Shown here: positions 1 to 13,440 of the stretch, one piece after another | Numbering within the stretch: position 1 is the first letter of the stretch | How the letters are laid out: every line of letters starts with the position of its first letter | Source: Lytechinus pictus | Taxonomy: Eukaryota | DNA: 64,000 nt | NCBI RefSeq assembly: GCF_037042905.1 | Contig: NC_087256.1 | Span: 26,908,001-26,972,000 of the forward strand | Direction: 5' to 3' | Made by a program: the position numbers and the translations under genes | The notes under the pieces: model-generated | The model's database searches: none | What the model was told of the DNA's origin: nothing | Seen by the model: the letters and a program-made list of their open reading frames with translations, nothing else

Positions 1-651
1 GAACTTCTGATTGTGCCGTAAAACATGGCGTAAAATACGGATGTAGAACAGAAATGTGAGAAGGAGAGCAATTGCTATCAGAGAGCCTTGAAGTACGATG
101 TAATAGAATTCTAGTTCGTTTGTGTCTCTCAAGGAGCATGTAGCGTAATATTCGGAGTAGCCGAGTGTTCCGATGCCAAGAACAGGTGGTATGACCATTG
201 CTGATGTAGAAAATACCCAGATAATCAAAGCCAATGTGAAAATTTTCTTTGGGGTATGGAGACCTTGATGTCCACGGATAGACTTGGTGATGACGTACCA
301 CCGTACGAATGCTATAGCAACTAGATTACACACGCTGCCGAAAACTGAGGTGGTTACGACTCCAGCGACCACATCGCAGACGATCTCAGGAAGAGGATAC
401 GCTCTAGTACGGCTGAGGAGACCGACCACCTGGAAAGGTAGACAGGCGCACGTAAACACATCAGCGAAGGCGAGATTGACCACCAGGATGTTGGTGATCG
501 TACGAAGCTTCTTTGTGACGATGACGGAGATGATGACGAGGGAGTTGCCAAACAGACCAATAACTGAAGCCATGACCAAGACGAATGCAACTGCTATTCG
601 ATGATTAAATGGAACTATCGACGGTCCTACTGTTGCTTCTACGCTTTCCAT
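1..651 (-). CDS. Class A (rhodopsin-like) GPCR, divergent paralog of the array; 3' part runs off the window start
   Basis: Hand translation from ATG at 651: MESVEATVGPSIVPFNHRIAVAFVLVMASVIGLFGNSLVIISVIVTKKLRTITNILVVNLAFAD...AIAFVRWYVITKSIRGHQGLHTPKK...GTLGYSEYYATCSL... The frame is open to base 1 and clearly homologous to the plus-strand copies. It is missing from the ORF track because no stop lies in the window. Confidence 0.92.
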   Translation of the reverse strand, partial: MESVEATVGPSIVPFNHRIAVAFVLVMASVIGLFGNSLVIISVIVTKKLRTITNILVVNLAFADVFTCACLPFQVVGLLSRTRAYPLPEIVCDVVAGVVTTSVFGSVCNLVAIAFVRWYVITKSIRGHQGLHTPKKIFTLALIIWVFSTSAMVIPPVLGIGTLGYSEYYATCSLRDTNELEFYYIVLQGSLIAIALLLTFLFYIRILRHVLRHNQKF

Positions 652-1204
652 GGCTAGATTATCAGGGTTCTCTGATACGGTCACTCTTGGGAACTTCACT
701 TTTTCGTCTTGAAGGGTACAGTTTTCAGCGCTAGGTTGTTTCACAAGCCTTTTTATATCTCCCTCTCATTGGCAAGAAAATCAGCAAATGTCGATCGGCA
801 AACAAACATTGGATGAGTTGGTCACTCCTCCATGTAGATGTACATGTGATATTTTGCAGAATTGGTAAAAAACTGAAATTTACACATTTCAGAAAGCGTA
901 TATATAACAAATAATGTTCGATCTGATATTGTTCCACGCGCTCATACAGACTTACAGAGCCACAAGGAAGCAGAATGAGCTGTGCTAAACTGTAACCTTT
1001 CTTTTGAATTCCCTGCATTTGGTTTCATTCCTTAGGAATATATGCAAATAACCAATCGACAAGAAAGGCACAGAGATTATGAAATGTATGCACGTTGCCA
1101 AAGGCAACAAATACATCCGTATCAAAAGTAGTAGATAAAGCAGGTAATGAACTCGATGACGACATTCATTGCGTCATTGAAAATATTTCCTTAATGTGAT
1201 ATTA

Positions 1205-1363
1205 CAGGGGCCGCGGAAGCGGGGGGGGGGGGGGGCTGGAGGGGCTTCAGCCCCCCCCCCCCACTTTTTTCCAAAACCGTGTACAAAAACGTAAAAATTA
1301 CCATAAGATTGTGATTTTTTGCAAGGTCAGCCCCCCACTTTGAAAACCGTTCCGCGGCCCCTG
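1205..1363. mobile_element. Short MITE (CAGGGGCCGCGGAA..TTCCGCGGCCCCTG)
   Basis: Perfect 14-bp terminal inverted repeat; ATATTA on both flanks. Confidence 0.75.
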
Positions 1364-1780
1364 ATATTATTGATGTGAAACTTTGCGTCTCGAATTTGTA
1401 TTCATTCGTATTAATGAAGGAGACTAAACGCGAAATTGAATGCATGGCTATAAAGCAATTCTAATTGGCTGTCGAACATGACTTGTAGAACACTCCCGAG
1501 ATACCATAATTTTGGTTACAGCTAACGGAAACGAGTTGGACGGGGTGGTTGTCATGGGTGACAGGTATTATATATAGTAGCAAATATAAATCGACCATTG
1601 GACCTTTTAAATGTATTTATAAAAAAGAATTCAAGTACAAGAATTTAGATGGAGATTAGCCGGTTCAATATCCTACTAAGACAAAGTGAAATGAAGCGTA
1701 AATCAATCGTATAGTTTGGAGAAGTAGTTTTAAAGGTATCCGTTCTTCTGCTGTGGATTCTAATGACTAATTATGACTGA

Positions 1781-4700
1781 TAGTCCAGGATAGAAGAGGC
1801 ATAACCTTGTTTGTTTTATATATACAATATTTTTTGTGGGTTCTTGTCAATTCGAGGGTGCTGATTACGAATCTGAATGATGCCACTCGCGTAACCTTGA
1901 GCATTTTCTGCAAATTGGTTAAATCCAATATGGCCGCCAAAATATGCATATTACCCATGAAAATCATAAAATTGCCAGCAAATTGGCTATAAAATGTATG
2001 TAATTGTATTGCAGGAGTGAAATACTCTCTGAAATTTTTTTTTGACAAAATATTTATTTTTTGATATTCAAATTGGCCGCCACAGACCTCTGTATACCCT
2101 ATCATGTACAATATGAATAGGGAAAATTTATTTTTCACAAAAATGATCGCTAAACTGCAAGTAATTGTGATCTATGGACGAAGTAATATATGAAAATCAT
2201 CAATGCTAACATGATATATAATTTGTTATGTCATGCATGGGAAAATCGTTGTATTTAATATTCAAAGTAGCTGCCACTGGCCCAAATAGTATTATTTTCT
2301 ATGGCAAAGGGGCCAACAAAAATCGCACGAGTGAGCACTAAAATGCATATTATTAAGAGAAGCAAGTGGAATACTGACTAAAAATACAATTGCTAGCGAA
2401 ATATATTATTCATTATGCCATATATGTGATAATTGCTGTATTTTGATATTCAAAATGGCCGCCAAAGGCCCTAACAGTATTATGTACAATGAGAAAGAGG
2501 ACCAAAGAAATCATAAGAGTGAGCACTGAAATGCATTTATTTGTGATGAATAAATGGGATACTGTCTAAAAAAACATTATTTTTAACGAAATTTATCATT
2601 CGGGTTTAAATTTTGTGTTTAATACTGTATTTTGACTTTCAAAATGGCCGCCATAGACATTAATTGTATATTATGTACAATGCGAACTAGAAAATACATT
2701 TTCACACGAGTGAGCACCATAAATACACGTAATTGTGATCTATGAGTAAAATATTGTCTGAAAGCATAATTTCTAACAAGATTTATCAGTTCTTCTGCCA
2801 GGTAGGTGATAAATATTGTATTTTGAAAGTCAAAATGGCCGCTACAGGCCCAAACAGTATTATGCACAATGTGAATGGGGACAAATGATTTTAACAGATT
2901 TTGGCTTTGCTTGACTAAATGGTGTTGTATGAGTGAAATATTGTCTGAAAACATGATTACTAACGAAATATATCATATCATCTAAAATTTAGGTGATAAA
3001 TGTAATATTTCAAAATTCAAAATGGCCGCCATATGCCCTTTTGTGAAAATTATCTGTACTCATTCAAATTGTACATGATACAATAAGGGCCCATGGCGGC
3101 CATTTTCCATTTCAGAATGCAGCATTTATCACCTTAAATGCACCAGATATGATATACCTCGTTAGGAACCATGGTTTTAGGCAATATTTCACTCTTACAT
3201 CACAATTATGTGAAATACTTATAGTCAAGCGAAGCCAAATTCTGTCAAAATTATATGTCCCAAATTACAATGTACATAATACTTTAAGGACCTATGGCAG
3301 CCATTTTGAATTTCAAAGTACAGTATTTATTACCTCCATGACCAATAACATAGGCCGTAGGAGAAACAACATTTCCTTATTTTGCTCTTCATGAAAGCAT
3401 GTATGCTTAATATACAATGGGAGAGAAAGTATAGTACTATGACTGTATGAGCTTTTTTTAAAGATAGTAGAAGAAAAATTTTCATCTAGATCTTTTTTAT
3501 AAACCCCTCTGAATTAAGATTCAAAACTTCAACTGAGTAAAATTTGGACATGCTTAGTGCCGGTTGAAACTTGGAATTGTTTTTTCACCCTCGTGGTTTT
3601 AATTTTTCAAAATAATACTCTATAGGCATAATGGGTTCACAATCCAATAAACGGATGGTCATGTGCATTATAGACTTGCCTTCGATTTTGAATCTTGATT
3701 CATTTATATCATCATGTGCATAGAAATGTTTGACCTTTTTTATTACAATTGCTTACAGTTTTATTGACGTAGTCATTCACATGATTAACACAAGCTCTTT
3801 TGATAAAAATATAAATTATAATCATGTTAATCATGGTACATTTATTTTAGACCAATGGAGGAAAGAACCTGGTCATTTCAGATGATTTTTTTTCTTTGCA
3901 TTTTTAACTTTTCTGTTTACAAATACGAAGGATGTTAAAGTAATAACCATTCTTTTTGTTGCTAACAATATTGGACAGAAGATGTAATAGCTAGTTCAAT
4001 GATGAATTGAGTTAGATTTATTTACTAATTCTACAGTATGAAAATGACCTGCAGCCAGTAGAGCATTCTTTTTGTCTAAATAATTTATCCGGTAATTGAA
4101 ACATGATAAACGATGTGTTTTATAGGTGTCGGTCAAATTTTGAAATTGGTTCCTAACTTCGTGGTATATATATTTTTTTTTAATCTTTGAGGAGTTTTAA
4201 TTGATCCAGTGATCTGTTGGTGCTTGATTACTCTAGACTTATTTTTGATTACTTAAGTGTGAACATGACCTGGATCTCAGTAAAATATTCCTTTTATTCA
4301 TTTCTCCGGAAATGTATATACATAAGCAAGATTAATATTTTGCCGGTGGATTTTTTTATTTTTTATTTTATTTTTAAATCTCGCGGTTCATTTCGGAGTA
4401 AAAAAGGAATATATTATAGTAACTCCATTGATTAAAAAGAACAAACAAACCTGTGACATGTGACCGTGATGAATTCTAAATTATCTAGTAAACTGCCCAA
4501 TCTGGATTTATTTTGGAATTTTGGATTCAATTACAATCTTGTTTTAACCTTTGTGTACATTTTAATGCCATGCTTGTGCATTATTCATAAAGACTTATTC
4601 TTAACTGCAAAATTTTCTTTCTGTTTTGAAGAAAAAAAATCTTTACTGATCATAATCATAAGTGTACATTGCTGTTTTAAGGTCAAAAGAGGAAATAACT

Positions 4701-7700
4701 TTGTAATTATCATGTAGGTTTACTCTGTTCACTGAGGACGTATATAGGACATAATTATTTGTAAAAGCTGTAACCATTCTACATAAGAAAAAGATAGCTT
4801 TAGTTAATTTATGTTTTTGACAAATCAACTATGATTAATGTACAGTGTAACATGATCTGGATCTCAGACGATCATTCTTTTTATTCATCAATTCACCGGT
4901 ATTTCGATCAAGCCAAACAAATTGTATACCAGGTGTAAGAGTACAAGTTTTATTTAAATGTACGAACACCATAACTACATTCGAATGCCTTTCCACCTTC
5001 TTTCAGTTTTCTGGGAAGCATGCCCTGAATAATTTGAATTTGTGTCATTCCTTATCATATTCTATATAGGGGAGGCTTCCCAGCTTATTTTATTCACGGG
5101 AGCTCACCCAACTCTGTTATGCTTATTTAGTACAAAATATTTACAATGCAATTGACATCGTATATAATTGTCAATGTTTACCTGATGACTTTTCATGTGT
5201 TTGTGCTCCTTTTCTTCATAGGAATGTGTATAACCAGTTTTTCTTTATCCAATTATTATTCTCTCCAGGTCCTTGCCTCGCTGGAAGCGACTCTTTTGCA
5301 TTTCGTGTTTTTCTCTTTCAATTCCCAGTGATTGAAAATTTCCCCTTTTCAGTGTTGAATGATGATGAGTTTTACGATTTGTTTAGGCCGAACAACGAAA
5401 CCCAAAATACTAACTACAATTCTTCTTTTGAAAATCTCGTATCAATGGAGATAAATTTAGCTGCAGATTTAAATGAAAATAACGACAATAATTATCCAAG
5501 TTCGAATTACTTTACAATAAATCAATCTAATTCTCTTGATAAATCTACAAATTCACTTTCAATAATGCACATGAATATAAGGAGCTTGAGCTCTAATTTC
5601 GACAATTTACGCCTTTTATCCGATTCATCTTCACAAACCAAAATGTCCATAATCGCGCTAACTGAGACATGGTTTATACTCACTTCCTGGTTACTCATTT
5701 GTAGAAAACCATAGGGGTAATAGACGGGGAGGAGGGGTAGGTTTCTATATCAATGAACAACTAGAATATTTTACTCACAATGATCTTAATTGTATGAATG
5801 AAATTGCTGAATCTCTTATCATTGAAATTCGGGTACCAAACTCTAAAAACATAATGATCGCAGTTTTTTATAGACCTCCTAACTCCAACACAAATAATTT
5901 TTTTGAATACTTGCAAGACTTTCTACAAAATCCGGTTTTTTATAATAGAATTGTTATGTGGTAGGTGACTTTAATATAGACATATCTAAATCTAATCATA
6001 ACAGGCCACATGAATTTTTGGATATCATGCTTTCATCATCCTTTTTACCATTGATAACAAAACCCACTAGGGTTACTAACCAATCTGCAACCCTTATTGA
6101 TAATATTTTTTGTAATGTTTCTCCTTTACCCGAGTCTGGAATAATTTTATCTGATATTTCTGACCATTTCCCGATATTTTCAAGAACTCCGTTTAGGTTA
6201 GCAAAAAAAGATACACCGCAACATAAATTCCGACGACTAACACCAAATAATTTACAGAGCTTAAAAGATGGTCTTGAAGACGCGGATTGGTCTGAGGCAT
6301 TCAGTTCTCAAAATACAAATACAGCATATAATATATTTATGAACATTTTTACTTCACATTTAGATAGACATGTACCATTGGTCAGTTAATGTAATAATTA
6401 TAAAAAGAGTCCAAGACTTCCTTGGATATCGAAATCAATATTACGATCAATAAATCGCAAAAATAACTTATACTATGCCGATAAAATTAATCGCTCAGAA
6501 AAGTCACATTGTAAATATACTACATATAAAAATACCCTCACTAAATTATTGTGGAGTGAAAAACGAAAATATTTCACAAATCAATTAATTCGTTTCAAAC
6601 ACGACATCAATGAAACATGGAAAACAATAAACACTGCCATAAATAAACAAAGCACAAAAGCACGCATAAAAACAATAAAGCACAATAATGTTGAAATTCA
6701 TGATTCTTTTCGTATAGCTGATATATTTAATCAATACTTTACACAAATTGGAAAGAGTCTTGCAGACAATATACCATTAACACACAAAATATTTACGGAT
6801 TTCATTCACCAACCAAACCCTAATTCTTTATTTTTAGTACCAGTACATAGAAATGAAATAATAGATATAGTGAACAACTTAAAAAACAAAAAAAAGCTGT
6901 GGTCACGATGGTATTGACAATATTTTATTAAAGAATGTTATAGAATATATTGTTGATCCATTAGTATACATATTCAACCTTTCTTTAAGTAATGGCGTCG
7001 TGCCTGACAATATGAAAATATCAAAGATAGTACCAGTGCACAAAAAAGGAGAAAAGATTAATGTATGTAACTATAGACCGATAGCTTTATTACCTACTTT
7101 GTCTAAAGTTATGGAAAGGGTGATCTACACAAGATTATTAAATTTTTTGAATAAATATAATATAATCTCTGATTTTCAATTTGGATTTCGCCAAAAACAT
7201 AGTACATCTCAGGCCACTCTCTCATTTATTGACAAAATCACATAAGCTATTGACAACATTGAACATACAATAGGTGTTTTTCTGGACCTCTCCAAGGCCT
7301 TTGACACTATAAATCATGAAATACTGCTCTACAAACTTGAAAATTACGGAGTTCGTGGGAAGGCCTTGGAGTGGTTCAGAAACTACCTCGTAAATCGTAA
7401 ACAATTCGTAAGCATAAATAAACAAAATTCTTCTCTACAAAATGTTAACTGGGGTGTTCCCCAAGGCAGCCTCCTGGGCCCTCTTTTATTTATAATCTAT
7501 ATAAATGACATCCAGAACTCCTCTGAAATATTATCTTATGTCCTTTTTGCAGATGATTCAAATGTACTCTACTCTCATCATAACCCCGATATTTTAATAA
7601 ATGTACTGAACACTGAACTGGATAAATTGGTACAATGGATTAGGGCTATCAAAGTGTCAATTAATGTACAAAAAACGAAATGCATGCTTTTTAGCAATTC

Positions 7701-10318
7701 TTTAGAACAATTGCCATTTAATATCAAATTGGACAATAAAAACATTGAAGTTGTTACTACAACAAAAATTTTAGGTCTCATAATAGACAACAAATTATCT
7801 TGGAAAACACAAATTGACTTTGTATGTCGTACAATTTCACGCAATATTGGTGTTATCAACAAAGTTAAGTTTTTTTCTTCCAACTTCCTCCCTTAAAATG
7901 CTTTATTCAACATTAATTTTACTATATTTAAATTACGGAGCAATTGTTTGGGGAAATACACACTCAACCTACCTTGATAGAATATTACTTTTACAAAAGA
8001 AGGCATTGCGTGTTATTTTCAACTTGTCCTGGAGGTCTCACACAGATGAGTTGTTTTTTAACAATAACATTCTAAAAATAAAAAGACTGTACCAATATAA
8101 CTTAGGTCAATTCATGTATCAGTTAAACAATAATATGTTACCATTCATATTTAATTCTTCATTTAACAAAAACAAAACTCTTCACAAATATCCCACACGT
8201 CAATCAGATGTATTCCATTTACCACTACCCCGGACCATCCTTGCAAAATCAATTTTTACTTTTGAAGGCCCTAGACTCTGGGGAACTATTAATAAAAACA
8301 TCAAAGAATCACCAAGCCTTAATTCTTTCAAATATATATTCAAATTTCGAATTTCTCTAAGATAACCACTGAATTTAACTCTTCATCACTCAAACTCTTG
8401 TATTTTTTTTAAAGTCAAACATGATTATCATGTCACGTACGCTTTTCCATCTCTTTCGTTTTCCTGTTGATCAACGAGGTCTGTCTGTGAGTGCTGGGGC
8501 TGGATTCTGGAGACTTTAATCTGTCTTTTTCTTATTTCCTTTTCTATTTGAATTTCCCCTATTTCCTTTTAATTTAACTGGTTCATGCTCAAGTTCTTAT
8601 TTTGATTTTTATATGCTAAGCAACTACAAAAATATTTATTAGGAGGCTGCACTCTACAAGCTCCGCTTTTTAGAAGCCTCCTCCATTTTCAACCTGATAT
8701 GTAATAATCTTGAATATAATTTTTTTACAGGAATACTTGAAATATGTTTTGTTATTTATATGTTAAAATGTACAAAATAAACTGTATTTGTTGAAAATGG
8801 AAATAAACGAAACGAAATGAAACATGCATTTTATTGTTTGTTTTGTTTGTTTATTTTATTTTTATTTCTGCGTTCACAATACATTATCACAAATATTTAC
8901 ATTGTTTGTAATATACAAAATAATTCATAATGCATACAATATAAACATAATACATAATTTGAAGGAAAAAAATGGTGTGGGCATATACTTCACATTTTGA
9001 TAATAAAAAAGGAACATTAACAAAATTTAATGAACGCATGATTCTCACTCTTGTCAAAAAATAGATTCCCTATACGCATGTAACATAATTTAGTTAGGGC
9101 TTGTATCAGTTATTTTGAATGTCAAAATACAGTATTTATCACTTACATGGCAGAAGAAATACTATATTTCATAAAAATCATGTTTTCAAATAATGTTTTA
9201 TCATACAACATGACTTTATGGATTTCATAGTCAAGTAAATCTAAATTCTTACAAAATTACATGTCCCCATTAACATTGTAGATAATACTGTTAGGGCCTA
9301 TAGGGGCAATTTTGAATTTCACAATACAGCATTTATCTCGTGCATGACAAAAGAAATTATATGTTTCGCTAGAAAACATGTTTTCAGACATTATTTTACT
9401 CGGTGATCACAATTACAAGCATTTTACAGTTCTTACTCTTGTGAAAATTAATTTCTCCATTTGCATTGTACATAATGTATAATGGGCATATGGTGGCCAT
9501 CTTGAATGTCAAAATACAGCATTTATCACATAAATTGCATTTATATTTTGATAAAATTATGTTTTTAGCCAAAAATTTTGAAAATTAATTTCTCCATTCG
9601 CATTGTACATAATGTATAATGGGCATATGGTGGCCATCTTGAATGTCAAAATACAGCATTTATCACATAAATTGCATTTATATTTTGATAAAATTATGTT
9701 TTTAGCCAGTTTTCTACTCGCTTATCTTAATACTAGTAATATGCATTTTAGTACTCACTCTTGTGATTTTCTTTTGTCCCCATTAATATTGTACATAATA
9801 CTGTCAGGGTATTTGGTGGCTTTTTGAATATTAAAATGCTTCATTTATTACATACATGACAGAACAAATGATACATTTCGCTAGCAATCATGTTTTCATC
9901 CATTATTTCACAACAAATCACAATTACTTGCATTTAGTGCTCACTTTTGTAAAATTTAGTTTTTCCCATTCATATTGTACATAATATAGAATTCAGGGGT
10001 CTATGGCGGCCATTTTGAATATCTAGAAAATATTTTTTTGTCAAAAATCGTTTTTTCAGAGAGTATTTCACTCCTGCAACACAAATACATACATTTTATA
10101 ACCAATGTGCGGGCAATTTTATGATTTTCATGGGTAATTGGCATATTTTGGCGGCCAAAGTGGATTTTGCCAATTTGCGGAAAATGCTCGAGGTTACACG
10201 GGTGGCATCATTCAGATTCGTAATCAGCACCCTCGAATTGACAAGAAACCATCAAAAAATATTGTATATATGAAAAAGCAAGGTTTGGTCGGTTTTCTAT
10301 GGGGCCTATCCTGGACTA
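1781..10318. mobile_element. Foldback-type non-autonomous DNA element with long inverted arms, interrupted by a ~5.6-kb insert containing a LINE
   Basis: TAGTCCAGGATAG at 1781 and CTATCCTGGACTA ending at 10318. About 1800-2130 aligns inverted to about 9960-10290. Internal ~185-bp repeats carry AAAATGGCCGCC, forward in 1930-3030 and reversed in 3090-3340 and 9100-10020. Confidence 0.8.
5330..8823 (+). mobile_element. CR1/L2-group (Crack/Daphne-like) non-LTR retrotransposon, ORF2 (APE + RT) disrupted
   Basis: Endonuclease motifs HMNIRSL, LTETW, VGDFNID, TLIDNIF, SDHFP; RT motifs NYRPIALL, QFGFR, DLSKAFD, GVPQGSLLGPLLF, FADD. Frameshifts and stops. 3' stem-loop 8641-8682, then AATAAA and a GAAAC-type tail near 8802-8823. 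Confidence 0.92.
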
Positions 10319-10558
10319 TAACGGATACAGATGACTTCACATGTAAAAGAAAGATAAAAACTGGGCAGTCTCGTCCTGGTTCTTTTCCTAATCTTCTGAG
10401 TGGATGTGCCCCACACACCCCATTCTTCATGGGATTCTGAATACCCGATGAACGAGATAAGAATGGTGTGAAACTACTATTTCACTTATACTTTACAATG
10501 TCACTTTACCTAATTCAGTTCAAATGACAATCCACCCGTTCAAACATAAGGTTATTAA

Positions 10559-11153
10559 AGGGGAATCCAACCCAAATAAAAACTTGTTTTTATAAGGAAA
10601 AGAAAAATCAGACAAGTTGATAGGTGAAAGTTTGAACAATATTGGACAAAAAACAAGAAAGTTATGAATTTTTAAAAGTTGTAAATATTGGTAATCACTA
10701 TACCCATGGAGACTTCAAATTGGCCGCATATGGGATGTCATAGTGATGTAAGGCAAGGACTACTCTTCCATGTACTCCATTACATATTATGGCTAATATG
10801 TCATTTTTCCCAAAAGTTTTATTTCAAATTATATTTTTCTTTCATGAGGACATAAAACAATATACTACCTGTGTTACATTTAGATTACTGCCCCAGGGGA
10901 ACGGGTACTTAGGAGAAAACCACAAATCCCTGATAATAAAGTACATGGCCTATGGGAAAGTTGTCCTTGCCCCTTGTCATTATTTACTTACCCAGTTGCC
11001 AATTTGAAATCTACATAGTATTAGTGATCTCAATTTTAAAGCAGCTATAACTTTCTTATTGCTTGTCCGATTTCTTTCAAACTTTCACCGTTCTGTTTAA
11101 TTTATTTTTCTCCTTCCCAACACAACATTTTATGGCCAAGGCTGGATTCCCCT
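10559..11153. mobile_element. Kolobok-like non-autonomous element
   Basis: TTAA-AGGGGAATCCA ... TGGATTCCCCT-TTCA (TIR plus TTAA-type TSD with one mismatch), and subterminal inverted AAAGTTTGA / AGAAAGTTAT motifs. Confidence 0.75.
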
Positions 11154-11200
11154 TTCAGGTGATACTAAGGTTCATATTTCTAAATATCTGTGTTACTATT

Positions 11201-11418
11201 GGGGTGTTGCAAGAAACTTGCGATCAATTGCAAGTCTATTTTTGGTCCATAAATCAATTATATATGTCTTGTTGTTAATTGCAAATTAGTGATTGATTGC
11301 TAATCTGCTCCTTGAAAAAAGAAGTTTAATCTGATTTGCTACAGCTAACATTGATCTATCAGTTGTAAAATTGCAACAGAATATTTGCAATTGATCTCAA
11401 ACATTTTCTTGCAACACT
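11201..11418. mobile_element. MITE (GTGTTGCAAGAAA..TTTCTTGCAACAC)
   Basis: 13-bp perfect inverted repeat plus internal TTGCAA/GATCAAT repeats. Confidence 0.6.
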
Positions 11419-12017
11419 ATTCGGATTATCGTTTTGATTACTGATAATGGGAAGGCGATCAATGACTGACAATATAAATGGAAAACTAAATCAGATATAT
11501 AGGCCTACTCTGATGTATTGCCGTTGAGGCTTTGACCAACTTTCGTTGTTTTCTGTTTGTTTTTCTATTTTCTTTGTTTTTTTCTGCCAAGAGGGTTGAT
11601 TTTATCGTGTGCATACATTAATTTGTGTAATAATGATATAGGAATTCAATTCATTCTGATTTTATATGAGCTAGTAATGTATAAAACACTTATAACTGTT
11701 TGAATTTTTAAATTCATAGGGAAAACGTGCAGAAACATAAAAACTATATTAAGCATAAATTAATGGAAATATGTTGATTTCTTTAAGAACTCGAGGGCTT
11801 TTACCGTGTTTAAATAAAATAAATCAAATCAAATCAAATCACGAACATGACATGACCAATACATACAAATTTTCAATGCAGAACTCAGAAATTGAACAGC
11901 ATTTCAATGATACCTTGTTCATTTATTCCACCCCCTTATGTAGATAAAATGAGAGAGGGAGTAGAGTGACAGGAGTAGAGGGGAGGGAGGGGTCGGGTTA
12001 GATAAAAAGAAATCCTG

Positions 12018-12289
12018 GGGCCCGTCTTACAAAGACTTGCGATTGATCCGATTAATCACAACTATGGAAAGCCAGCAAAGTCAACATATAAAATGCGTGT
12101 TTGCTCAAATTTTTTCTAAACATGAATGTATATATCCATAAATTCATTGATTTCTTGTCAGTTCGGTGTGATCTCCTTTGTTTACAAAGGACATTTTGCA
12201 CATTTCCTGGAGAAACAATTATGACACTGATGGATTTCCATAGAGGTACGACTGATTGGATCAATCGTAACTCTTTGTAAGACGGGGCC
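12018..12289. mobile_element. PIF/Harbinger-like MITE
   Basis: TIR GGGCCCGTCTTACAAAGA..TCTTTGTAAGACGGGGCC; CTG on both flanks (3-bp CWG TSD). Confidence 0.75.
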
Positions 12290-13440
12290 CTGGTTTTTGG
12301 ATATTACACAGTTTTGCACATACTCGAGGCTATATCATGGGGAGTGGTGAGAATGTTACTAATGGATACAAAAAACCAATAACATTACTTCTACTTTCCT
12401 TTTCACATTTAAGTGCTTCCTTCAATTAGAACTCATATTATCAGGACTGAAGTGAAATTTTCAAAGACTCTGTTCATCAAGACTACAGCAACCCAATTTC
12501 TCAATTACGTTGCTATTGATTGTGGCTGCTGTAATATCACTCAATTCGACGACCTCTTTCTATCAAAAGATATGACGTAAGGCCTTTGAAAGATGCATTA
12601 TGTGTCTAAAATCAAAACGAATATCTAGGCCTCCGCTCTATTTAAAAGCATTAAAAAAACGATTAACTTAACTGTCATACAAAGAATTCGCACGTGCCAT
12701 TCAAATACGTTACTTATGAAGGATATTTTCTTCAACTATTGGAAATGAAACCTTTCTCGTTATCGATAAAGTCAAGTTCTCGGTCAAAGCGCTTTTGTGC
12801 AAAGCACTTTGACACTGATAAAAAGCTAATCAGCATGGTACGTTTTGTTTTTAGCGCCTCTAAATACCCATTATTATTATCATTATTAAGCATATTTTAA
12901 GCTAAATGGGAAACTATATTGTACTAGGAAGGCGCGGATACATGGGCACATTGGGTACGTGACCTTTAAGGCCAAATAGATTTGCAAGCAATTTGCATCC
13001 GGTGATATGTAGTGCCCCCCCCTTGCGCAACCCTTCGAAAGTGGGTAAGGAAAATAATTGTTTCATGTTTGTAGAATTGAACGACATATGATATATATTT
13101 TTAAAGGAAAAAGTTCTCAGTGGATCGATGACCCCCATCCCCGCCTTCGGTTATCAAAATAAATCTGAACCCCTTATTCTGCAATCTTTGATCCGTCTCT
13201 GACACTGAATACGAGCTTTGCATTGGTAGGGCAGGCATACAGAGTTGACTGTCATATACCAGCTAGCGCTTCTCAGTCGGTGGGCCGCTAGAAGCTCCAG
13301 AGGGAGAAAAAAATTGGGAAAACTATAGTATATTTCACAGACCTGTCGATCTGAACATGTTTTGTCCGATCGGTCTACGTGGGTCAAAGAAAACTAAAGC
13401 ACGCTTAGGTATAATGCATGTTGCAGAACATGCACATACA

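Noticed and set aside
5330-8365. Active LINE or domesticated RT
   Set aside because: Multiple frameshifts and in-frame stops.
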